NCBI GenBank assembly: GCA_046725675.1
Contig: JBKOZA010000578.1
Coordinates: 1-25,675 of the forward strand
Source: Candidatus Methylomirabilota bacterium
GTDB taxonomy: Bacteria; Methylomirabilota; Methylomirabilia; Rokubacteriales; CSP1-6
Length of the DNA stretch: 25,675 bases
Direction of reading: 5' to 3'
Shown here: positions 9,004 through 16,280 of the stretch, piece after piece
Layout: each line of letters opens with the position of its first letter
Position numbering within the stretch: the stretch's first letter is position 1
The notes under the pieces: generated by a model
What the model saw: the letters and a program-made list of their open reading frames with translations, nothing else
Told to the model about the DNA's origin: nothing
Databases searched by the model: none
Made by a program: the position numbers and the translations under genes

Positions 9004-9017
9004 GGGTCCTCCCGGGT

Positions 9018-9812
9018 TCAGGTTCGGGGTGAGCTGAGCGGCAGGAAGGCACGGCCGGCCGAAGTGCCGCCGTTGACAGCCAGGACCTCGCCCGTCATGT
9101 ACTCGGCGTACGGGGAGGCCAGGAACAGCGCGGCGTGGGCGATCTCCTTGGGGACGCCCGCCCGGCCCCACGGGATCTGCCGCGTCAACGCCGCGACGTA
9201 CTCCGCGCTCACCGGTGAGCTCTCGCTGTTCACGGTGATGAGGCCGGGCGCGATGCAGTTGACGTTGATATGGTGACCGGCCAGCTCCAGCGCCAGCACC
9301 CGGGTGAACATGACGACGGCGGCCTTGGAGGCGCAGTAGTGCGACGCCCCGACCCGGCCGCTGCTGTAGGCGCCCGAGGAGATCGTGACGATCTTCCCGG
9401 CGGTCCGGGTGGCGACCATGCGGCGGGCGGCCGCCTGACAGGTGAGGAACACGCCGCGCACGTTTGTCTCCATCACGCGGTCCCACTCCGCGACGGTCAT
9501 CTCCAGCACCGGGGAGTTGGGATAGATCCCGGCGTTGGCCACGGCCACGGTGACCGGGCCCAGCGCCTTCTCGGCCGTCTCGACGAAGCGCGCCACGCTG
9601 TCGGCGTCACGGACGTCGAGCGGGTGCGCGAACACCTCGGAACCCAGCGCCGACGCCACCCGCTGCAGGGGGCCCTCACGCACGTCGCCGAGCCCCACCC
9701 GGGCGCCGGCCGCGTGGAAGGCGCGCGCGATCCCCTCCCCGATGCCGGCGGCGGCCCCGGTGACGAGGACCACCTGTCCGGTGAAGTCGAAGCTCAGTGC
9801 TTCTCGTGCCAC
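9018..9812 (-). CDS. Short-chain dehydrogenase/reductase (FabG-like)
   Basis: TGAAAGIG Rossmann motif, NAG, catalytic S and YCASK, VNCIAPG. GTG start at 9812 with GGAGG 7 nt upstream, overlapping the end of the deacetylase gene. Confidence 0.9.
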   Translation of the reverse strand: MAREALSFDFTGQVVLVTGAAAGIGEGIARAFHAAGARVGLGDVREGPLQRVASALGSEVFAHPLDVRDADSVARFVETAEKALGPVTVAVANAGIYPNSPVLEMTVAEWDRVMETNVRGVFLTCQAAARRMVATRTAGKIVTISSGAYSSGRVGASHYCASKAAVVMFTRVLALELAGHHINVNCIAPGLITVNSESSPVSAEYVAALTRQIPWGRAGVPKEIAHAALFLASPYAEYMTGEVLAVNGGTSAGRAFLPLSSPRT

Positions 9813-10609
9813 TGCGCGACCTCCTCGCAGGTCGTGAACCACACACCGGCCTGGCGCCGCATCGCGCGCACCAGGTCCTCGATCAGCTGCACGCGGGAGG
9901 CGCGCCCGCTGATGAAGGGGTGACACGTGAGCACGAAGCAGCCGTTCTCCCGGTGCATCGCGCTGAACTCCTTGCTCCACATCTGCAGCACGCGGCCGGG
10001 ATCGGCGATGGCGTTGGTGGCGCCGTAGACGTGACGGAACAGCGGCGCGTCGTCCATGATCCACTGCACGGGCACCTCGGTCAGCGGTCCGGCCGGGGTG
10101 TCGAGCGCGTACGGCACGTCGTTGCCCATGAGCGAGCTGTCGTAGCGGAAGCCGTGGGTCTTGAGCAGCGCGGGCGTCCACACGTTGACGTCCCACGAGG
10201 GCGACCGGTAGCCGGCCGGCACCACGCCGAGCTGGTCCTTCAGGATGGCCAGCTGCTGCTGGAGGATCGTCTTCTCCTGCGCCTCGTCCAGGAAGCCAAC
10301 CGCCTCGTGCACGTTGCCGTGAGCACCGATCTCGTGGCCGGCGTCGCGGATGCGCTTGCTGGGCGCCAGGTGGTTGACCACCGTCCACCCGGGGATGAAG
10401 AACGTCGCCCGCAGCTTGAGCCGGTCGAGCAGGCGCAGGATGCGGTCGACGCCGACCCGGGGGCCGAACCGGCGCTCCTCGAGGTCGGCGAGGCTGCGCC
10501 GGGCCTTCTCGGGCTCGCGGAAGATGAACCCGGACTCGGCGTCGAAGTCGAACGACAGCACCGCGGCGGAGCGCTTGCCTTTCGGCCACCGGTAACGCAC
10601 CGCCGCCAT
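9794..10609 (-). CDS. Polysaccharide deacetylase / CE4 family hydrolase (PuuE/HpPgdA-like)
   Basis: SFDFDAES, ATFFIPG, HEIGAHGNVHE, GYRSPSW, YDSSLM, LTCHPFISG. Confidence 0.88.
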   Translation of the reverse strand: MAAVRYRWPKGKRSAAVLSFDFDAESGFIFREPEKARRSLADLEERRFGPRVGVDRILRLLDRLKLRATFFIPGWTVVNHLAPSKRIRDAGHEIGAHGNVHEAVGFLDEAQEKTILQQQLAILKDQLGVVPAGYRSPSWDVNVWTPALLKTHGFRYDSSLMGNDVPYALDTPAGPLTEVPVQWIMDDAPLFRHVYGATNAIADPGRVLQMWSKEFSAMHRENGCFVLTCHPFISGRASRVQLIEDLVRAMRRQAGVWFTTCEEVAQWHEKH

Positions 10610-10610
10610 C

Positions 10611-10712
10611 TCAGTCCGCCACGGCCGGGCGCAGCCGCTCGCTGGTGCCGAGCGTGATCCGCGGGACCTCGATGGGGCGGCCGTAGTGGGGCACGCACAC
10701 GCCGAGCTTCAT
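10611..10712 (-). pseudogene. 33-aa remnant resembling an internally deleted LLM-class (luciferase-like) oxidoreductase
   Basis: MKLGVCVPHYGRPIEVPRITLGTSERLRPAVAD*. The N-terminus resembles the first beta-strand of LLM proteins and the C-terminus resembles their ending (E..RPA). It has its own promoter and stops 1 nt before the deacetylase ATG. Confidence 0.55.
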
Positions 10713-10720
10713 GGCCCGGC

Positions 10721-10749
10721 AGGGTATACTCGCCGGCGGCCCGGGGCAA
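10721..10749 (-). promoter_or_regulatory. Sigma70-like promoter of the LLM-remnant/deacetylase/SDR/thiolase/DUF35 operon
   Basis: Minus strand TTGCCC-N17-TACCCT ending 8 nt before the ATG at 10712, so near-leaderless. Confidence 0.4.
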
Positions 10750-10760
10750 CCCGGGGCCGC
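10736..10760 (-). terminator. GC-rich hairpin downstream of the GspE/PilB stop (possible terminator without U-tract)
   Basis: GCGGCCCGGGG-CAA-CCCGGGGCCGC, 10 of 11 stem pairs, 6 nt after the stop. No poly-U. Confidence 0.3.
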
Positions 10761-10766
10761 GGCGGA

Positions 10767-12719
10767 TCAGACGCCCATGGTGCGGAGCTCGCGGAGAGCC
10801 GAGGGCGGCATCACGCGGAGCAGTTCCTCGAGCGTCGTGCGCCCCTCGCGCAGCTTGGCCAGCGCGTCGGTGGCCATCGAGTAGGTGTTCTTGCGCGCCG
10901 AGGCGGTGACCATCTCCAGCGGCGCGTTTTGATTGATCAGCAGGACGTCGTCGAGGCCCGGCGTCCACAGCTCGCAGAGGGCCAGGCGCCGCTTGTAGCC
11001 CGTGTGGTGGCAGGTGGCGCAGCCGGCCCCGTGATACCAGCGCACGTCGCTCGGGGCCACCTCGAACGTCGAGGCGAGCAGGGTCGGCGCCGGCTCGTAC
11101 TCCTCCTTGCAGTTCCAGCAGATCTCGCGCACGAGCCGCTGGGCCAGCACGCCGAGGAGCGACGTCGTGCACACGGTGGCGTCCACGCCGAGGTCGCCCA
11201 GCCGGGTCACCGCCCCCAACGCGTCGTTCGTGTGCAGCGTGCTCAGCACCAGGTGGCCGGTCTGGGCGGCGCGAAAGGCCAGCTCGGCCGTGTCGGCGTC
11301 GCGGATCTCGCCCAGCATGATCACCTCGGGGTCGTGGCGCAGGAACGCCCGCGTGTACGAGGCGAACGTGTTGCCCACGCGTTCGTCGACCTCGTGCTGG
11401 CAGAACTGCGGACACACGTACTCGATCGGGTCCTCGGCGGTGACGATCTTGATCTCCGGCCGGTAGACGGACTTCATGATCGCGAACAGGCTCGTGCTCT
11501 TGCCGGAGCCGGTGGGCCCGGTGACGAGGATCGTCCCCGCCGAGGACTGGATGAGCTGGGCGAGTCGCTCGGTCACCGGCGTGGCCATCTTGAGCGAGGT
11601 CAACGAATCGGGAGCGCCCCGCGGGTCGAGGATGCGGATGACCGCGTTCTCGCCGTAGTAGCTCGGGATGACCGACACTCGGAAGTCCATGGGGACCACA
11701 CGACCGTCGGTCTCCACGCGGGCGCGGAAGCTGCCGTCCTGGGGCCGCCGGCGCTCGGCGATGTCCAGCATCGCCAGGATCTTGATGCGCGACAGCACCT
11801 CGCCGCGCTGGCGGCCGAGGTCGTCGCCGAGGGTTCCGAGGTTGAAGTGCTGCAGCATGCCGTCGATGCGGAAGCGCACCTGCAGGCGGTGGTTGATCGT
11901 TTCCAGGTGGATGTCGGAAGCGCCGCGGTCGATCGCCACCCGGAGCAGCTTGCGCACGATCTCGTCGGCGGTGTCCATCTGCCGTAGCGTCGACGAGGCG
12001 TAGATGTCGCTGTCGGCGTCGGCGCCGATGACGTCGACGTCCCCGGCGGTGGTCAGGTTCGGCGCGACGTCCACGCGGTAGAGTCGCTCCAGCGCACGGG
12101 TGATCTGGGCCGAGGTCGAGGTGACGATCTCGATCTTGAGGCCGGCGGTGCGCTGCAGGTCGTCCACGAACTGGGTCTGGGTCGGATCGTCCATGGCGAC
12201 GATCAGCAGGTTGCCCAGGCGCGCCAGCGGCACCAGCCGGTGCTTCATCGCGAATTTCTCGTTGACGAGGTTCCGAAGGCCCGGCTCGATGATGATCGTG
12301 TCGAGATTGAAGAACCGAATGTGGAGCTGGCGGCACAGGGCCTGGCGCAGCCGCTCCTCGGAAACGAGACCCAGGCGGATCACGACCTCGCCGAGCGCCT
12401 GCCCGGAGCGACGGTGCTCGGTCAGCGCCGTGTCGAGCTGCGCCCGGTCCAGGTCCCCGTTCTTGAGCAGGATGTTGCCGAGCTTGCCGCTACGACGGTG
12501 GCGCTCGAGGACCGACAGGAGTTGGTCGCGCGTGACGATCTTCTGGGCGACCAGGATGTGCCCGAGCGGCGCGTACACCTCGCCGCGCTGCTGGATGCGC
12601 AACGCCTCTTCGAGCTGGGCCGGCGTCACCAGCTTCTCGCCTATCAACAGGTCGCCCAGCCGTATCGGCTCCATCTCCCGAGACTTGTCGACGTCGACAT
12701 CCACCGTGGTATTGTTCAT
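10767..12719 (-). CDS. GspE/PilB-family secretion/pilus assembly ATPase with tandem MshEN-type N-terminal motifs
   Basis: Four RLGxxL-like repeats, Walker A GPTGSGKS, EDPIEY Asp box, Walker B MLGEIRD, His box LSTLHTND, Zn motif CWNC...CATC. Start is either 12719 or 12674. Confidence 0.92.
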   Translation of the reverse strand: MNNTTVDVDVDKSREMEPIRLGDLLIGEKLVTPAQLEEALRIQQRGEVYAPLGHILVAQKIVTRDQLLSVLERHRRSGKLGNILLKNGDLDRAQLDTALTEHRRSGQALGEVVIRLGLVSEERLRQALCRQLHIRFFNLDTIIIEPGLRNLVNEKFAMKHRLVPLARLGNLLIVAMDDPTQTQFVDDLQRTAGLKIEIVTSTSAQITRALERLYRVDVAPNLTTAGDVDVIGADADSDIYASSTLRQMDTADEIVRKLLRVAIDRGASDIHLETINHRLQVRFRIDGMLQHFNLGTLGDDLGRQRGEVLSRIKILAMLDIAERRRPQDGSFRARVETDGRVVPMDFRVSVIPSYYGENAVIRILDPRGAPDSLTSLKMATPVTERLAQLIQSSAGTILVTGPTGSGKSTSLFAIMKSVYRPEIKIVTAEDPIEYVCPQFCQHEVDERVGNTFASYTRAFLRHDPEVIMLGEIRDADTAELAFRAAQTGHLVLSTLHTNDALGAVTRLGDLGVDATVCTTSLLGVLAQRLVREICWNCKEEYEPAPTLLASTFEVAPSDVRWYHGAGCATCHHTGYKRRLALCELWTPGLDDVLLINQNAPLEMVTASARKNTYSMATDALAKLREGRTTLEELLRVMPPSALRELRTMGV

Positions 12720-12732
12720 GGCCGTTGCTGGG

Positions 12733-12749
12733 GGCAAAAGCGATGCCAC
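12733..12749 (-). promoter_or_regulatory. Sigma54-type -24/-12 promoter of the GspE/PilB gene
   Basis: Minus strand GTGGCATCGCTTTTGCC, near consensus TGGCAC-N5-TTGC with exact GG-N10-GC spacing. Confidence 0.65.
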
Positions 12750-12802
12750 GGCTCCCCGCGCCCAAGTCCGGGACAAACAAGGCGTTCGACAGCGCGGGGC
12801 CC

Positions 12803-12823
12803 GCGCAGAACGATGTTCTGCGC
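12803..12823. promoter_or_regulatory. Perfect 9-bp inverted repeat, candidate activator/operator site
   Basis: GCGCAGAAC-GAT-GTTCTGCGC in the divergent intergenic region, about 80-100 bp upstream of the predicted sigma54 start. Confidence 0.5.
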
Positions 12824-12879
12824 AGCGCAACGTCTTCGCGCGTCGAGAAATCATCCAGGGCGCGGCCAGGCGTGTCGCC

Positions 12880-12908
12880 TTGACGGTGCGGCCGCCCCAG
12901 AGCACTAT
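12880..12908 (+). promoter_or_regulatory. Sigma70-like promoter of the second ABC operon
   Basis: TTGACG-N17-CACTAT, followed by AGGAGG SD at 12923-12928 and ATG at 12937. Confidence 0.6.
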
Positions 12909-12936
12909 CGGCCGTCGATCGAGAGGAGGGAGCACC

Positions 12937-14481
12937 ATGCCAGCGTCCCGCCGTCAGTTCCTGAAGACGTGCGCAGTCGTCTCCGGGGTCCCGCTCCTGG
13001 GTCTGGCACCGCGTGCCGCCCGGGGCGACACGCCCAAGAAGGGCGGCACGCTGCGCGTGGGCTTCTACATCGAGGCGGCCACGATGGACCCGCACCTGTC
13101 GGGCAGCAAGATCGACCGTCAGGTCTACCACAACATTTACGAGCCGCTGGTGACGCTGGACACCTCGCTCGGCATCCGCCCGGGCCTGGCCGAGTCGTGG
13201 GCGCAGCCGGATTCCCGGACCCTGGTCTTCAAGCTGCGGCGCGGGGTCAAGTTCCACGACGGAACCGAGTTCAACGCCGAGTCGGCGAAGTTCAATTTCG
13301 AGCGCATGAAGAGCGAGCCGAAGTCGGTGCGCAAGGGCGAGGTGGCCAACATCGACACCGTCGAGGTCGTCGACGCCCATACCCTCAAGGTCAACCTCAA
13401 GAAGGCGGACGCCGCGCTGCTGGCCACGCTGACGGACCGCGCCGGCATGATGGTCTCCCCCAAGGTCGTGCAGGAGCGCGGCGCCGAGCTGCAGCGGAAC
13501 GCCCGCGGGGCCGGCACCGGCCCCTTCGAGTTCGTGGAGTGGGTGAAGGACTCCCACCTCGTCATCAAGCGCAACGACGCCTACTGGAACAAGCAGGGTG
13601 GCCCCTACCTAGACCGCGTCCGCTACCGTCCCATTCCCGACGACGTGGTCAAGCTGCAGAGCCTGCAGTCGGGCGAGATCGACGTGATGGACTACGTGCA
13701 GCCGCGCGACGTGGCCGCGGTCAAGGCCGACAAGAACGTCGTCGTGGTCGACGTGCCGTCGCTGGCCGACTTCGCCTATCAGCTCAACCACACCCGGCCG
13801 CCGTTCAACACCAGGGCCCTCCGCCAGGCGGTCGCCTACGCGCTCGACATCGAGCAGATCGTCAAGGGCGTGTGGCTCAACGTCGGCGTGCCGGCTAACG
13901 GCCCCATCCCGCCCACGAGCTGGGCCTACGACAAGTCGATCCCGCCCATCAAGCGCGACCTGGCCAAGGCCAAGGCCAAGCTGGCCGAGGGGGGCCAGCC
14001 CAACGGGTTCGCCTTCACCCTCACGACGAACAACATCCCCATCAACATCCAGGAGGCCGAGGTCATCCAGGCCCAGCTCCGCGAGGCCGGCATCACCGCC
14101 AAGGTGAAGCTGGTCGACTCCGCCACCCTCATCTCCGAGGGCAACGCCAAGAACTTCGAGATGATCAGTTACCAGTGGAGCGGCCGTCCCGACCCCGACG
14201 GCAACATCTACCAGTTCTTCCGCACCACACCCGGGACTTCTCTCAACTGGTCGGGGATCTCGAATCCACAGCTGGACGCGCTGCTCGACCGAACGCGCGA
14301 GGTCTCCGGCCAGGCCGAGCGCCGGAAGCTCTACGGCGAGGTGACGAAGCTGCTGCAGGACGAGCTGCCGATGGTGTTCATCATCCATCCCATCGAGCCC
14401 AAGGCCTTCTCTCCGCGCGTGCAGGGCTACGAGCCCATCCCCGACGGGATGATGCGGTTCAAGGACGTGTGGCTGAGGTAA
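12937..14481 (+). CDS. ABC transporter substrate-binding protein, family 5, Tat signal peptide
   Basis: MPASRRQFLK twin-arginine motif, TMDPH, PGLAESW, LRRGVKFHDGTEFNAE, GTGPFEFVEW. AGGAGG SD. Confidence 0.92.
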   Translation: MPASRRQFLKTCAVVSGVPLLGLAPRAARGDTPKKGGTLRVGFYIEAATMDPHLSGSKIDRQVYHNIYEPLVTLDTSLGIRPGLAESWAQPDSRTLVFKLRRGVKFHDGTEFNAESAKFNFERMKSEPKSVRKGEVANIDTVEVVDAHTLKVNLKKADAALLATLTDRAGMMVSPKVVQERGAELQRNARGAGTGPFEFVEWVKDSHLVIKRNDAYWNKQGGPYLDRVRYRPIPDDVVKLQSLQSGEIDVMDYVQPRDVAAVKADKNVVVVDVPSLADFAYQLNHTRPPFNTRALRQAVAYALDIEQIVKGVWLNVGVPANGPIPPTSWAYDKSIPPIKRDLAKAKAKLAEGGQPNGFAFTLTTNNIPINIQEAEVIQAQLREAGITAKVKLVDSATLISEGNAKNFEMISYQWSGRPDPDGNIYQFFRTTPGTSLNWSGISNPQLDALLDRTREVSGQAERRKLYGEVTKLLQDELPMVFIIHPIEPKAFSPRVQGYEPIPDGMMRFKDVWLR

Positions 14482-14484
14482 CGC

Positions 14485-15429
14485 TTGGCGCGGCTCGTCC
14501 TGCAGCGCCTGGCCGCGACGGTGCCCGTCCTGCTGCTGGTCACGGCCGGCGTGTTCGCGCTCCTGCACCTCACGCCCGGCGACCCCATCGACGCCATGAT
14601 GGCGGAGTCGGTCGACGCGGTCGCCAAGGCCAGCCTCCGCGCCGAGCTGGGCCTGGACCGCCCGCTGCCCCTGCAGTACGCGGCGTGGATGGGACGGCTG
14701 CTGCGCGGCGACCTCGGGCGCTCGATCCGCAACGGCGAGCCGGTCCTCGAGAGCGTCAGCCGGCGCCTGCGCCCGAGCCTGCAGCTGGCGCTGCTGGCCA
14801 TGGGCGTCTCGCTGCTCATCGCCTTCCCCGCCGGTATCGTCTCCGCCGTGCGCCGCAACACCGCCGCCGACCGCGTCTCCACCACGCTCGCGCTGTTCGG
14901 CATCTGCATGCCCAACTTCCTGCTCGCCCTGCTCCTCATCTTTCTCTTCGGCGTGACGCTCCGCTGGCTGCCGATCTCCGGTTACGTCGATCCGGCCGAG
15001 GAGCTGGTGGACGGGCTGCGCTCGCTGGCCCTGCCGGCGGTGACGCTCGGCCTGGCCCTGGCGGCCGTCGTCACCCGAACGCTGCGCTCGAGCATGCTGG
15101 AGGCGCTGAGCGAGGACTACGTGCGCACGGCCCGGGCCAAGGGCCTGCCCGAGGGACGGGTGATCCGCGGCCACGTGCTCCGCAACGCGCTGATCCCGGT
15201 GGTGACCGTGCTGGGCCTGCAGCTCGGCACGCTGATCGGCGGCGCCGTCATCACCGAGTACGTGTTCGCCCTGCCCGGGGTCGGCCGTCTCGTCGTGGAC
15301 GCGGTGTTCGCTCGCGACTACCCGCTGGTGCAGGGCGTCGTGCTGCTCATCGCGCTGGGCTTCATCGCCAGCAATCTCCTCGTCGACCTGCTCTATGGCG
15401 TCATCGATCCCCGCATCCGCCATCGCTGA
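14485..15429 (+). CDS. dppB: Peptide/nickel ABC transporter permease (DppB-like)
   Basis: TTG start, LTPGDP, LGLDRP, GDLGRS, EDYVRTARAKG, DLLYGVIDPRI. Confidence 0.92.
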   Translation: MARLVLQRLAATVPVLLLVTAGVFALLHLTPGDPIDAMMAESVDAVAKASLRAELGLDRPLPLQYAAWMGRLLRGDLGRSIRNGEPVLESVSRRLRPSLQLALLAMGVSLLIAFPAGIVSAVRRNTAADRVSTTLALFGICMPNFLLALLLIFLFGVTLRWLPISGYVDPAEELVDGLRSLALPAVTLGLALAAVVTRTLRSSMLEALSEDYVRTARAKGLPEGRVIRGHVLRNALIPVVTVLGLQLGTLIGGAVITEYVFALPGVGRLVVDAVFARDYPLVQGVVLLIALGFIASNLLVDLLYGVIDPRIRHR

Positions 15430-16264
15430 CCGCCGGTGGGAGGTGCTGCGGCGCGCGGCGGGGGCCCGCCTGGCGCCGCTCGGCGCCGTCGTGCTGGCGG
15501 TGACCGTGGTCGTCGCGCTGGCGGCGCCGGTGGTCGCGCCCCACGATCCGCTCCGGCAGGATCTCGGCAACGCGCTGGCCCGACCCGGTCGCGCGCACTG
15601 GCTCGGCACCGACAACGTCGGCCGCGACGTCCTCTCGCGCGTGATCTGGGGCACGCGCGTGTCGCTGGCAGCTGGTTTCGTCTCCGTGGCCCTGGCCGCC
15701 CTGTCCGGCAGCCTGCTGGGTATCGTGGCCGGCTACGCGGGGGGGCGCGTGGAGGGCCTGGTCATGCGGCTCATGGACGCGGTGCTGTCGTTTCCGCCGC
15801 TCGTGCTGGCACTGGCGCTCGGCGCGGTGCTGGGCGCCGGCCTCGGCGGCGTCCTCGTCGCGCTCGGCGTCGTGTACACGCCGACGTTCGCGCGCCTGAT
15901 GCGCGGCCAGGTGCTGGCCGTCAAGGCGCGCGACTACGTCGAGGCCGCCCGTGCGCTCGGCGCGCCGGCCTGGCGCGTGGCCTGGCAGCACGTGCTGCCG
16001 AACGCGGCCACGCCGATCGTGGTGCAGGCCTCGCTCAGCGTGGCCTTCGCCATCCTGGCCGAGGCCTCGCTGTCCTTCCTGGGGCTGGGCATCCAGCCAC
16101 CGGAAGCGTCGTGGGGCAGCATGATCAACGCCGGCCGCGGCTACCTGCAGCAGGCGCCCTGGATCGTCTTCGCCCCGGGCGCGGCCCTCTTCGTCACCGT
16201 CGTCGGGCTGAACTTCCTGGGTGACGCCGTCCGCGACGCCCTCGACCCGCGCGCCCGCGGCTAA
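15395..16264 (+). CDS. dppC: Peptide/nickel ABC transporter permease (DppC-like); start uncertain (15395 or 15443)
   Basis: HWLGTDNVGRDVLSRVIWGTRVS, DYVEAARALG, HVLPN, SFLGLGIQPP, GDAVRDALDPR. Confidence 0.9.
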   Translation: MASSIPASAIADRRWEVLRRAAGARLAPLGAVVLAVTVVVALAAPVVAPHDPLRQDLGNALARPGRAHWLGTDNVGRDVLSRVIWGTRVSLAAGFVSVALAALSGSLLGIVAGYAGGRVEGLVMRLMDAVLSFPPLVLALALGAVLGAGLGGVLVALGVVYTPTFARLMRGQVLAVKARDYVEAARALGAPAWRVAWQHVLPNAATPIVVQASLSVAFAILAEASLSFLGLGIQPPEASWGSMINAGRGYLQQAPWIVFAPGAALFVTVVGLNFLGDAVRDALDPRARG

Positions 16265-16280
16265 TCCTCCGGCGGCGCGA

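Noticed and set aside
9018-10589. 523-aa ORF suggesting an SDR fusion, and the 550-aa thiolase ORF (7834-9486) extending through the SDR
   Set aside because: The extensions are Arg/Pro/Ala-rich off-frame readings of the upstream genes. Good GGAGG-GTG starts exist at 9812 and 9003.
12100-12936. 279-aa N-terminal extension of the Tat SBP and 73-aa extension of GspE/PilB (12720-12938)
   Set aside because: They overlap the opposite gene and promoters. The Tat signal requires a start at 12937.
3991-15654. Very long antisense or alternative-frame ORFs (3991-5721, 7789-9276, 10240-12336, 10686-11987, 13609-15654 and similar)
   Set aside because: These are expected in high-GC DNA with strong third-position bias. 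They mirror well-supported genes and have no domain signatures.
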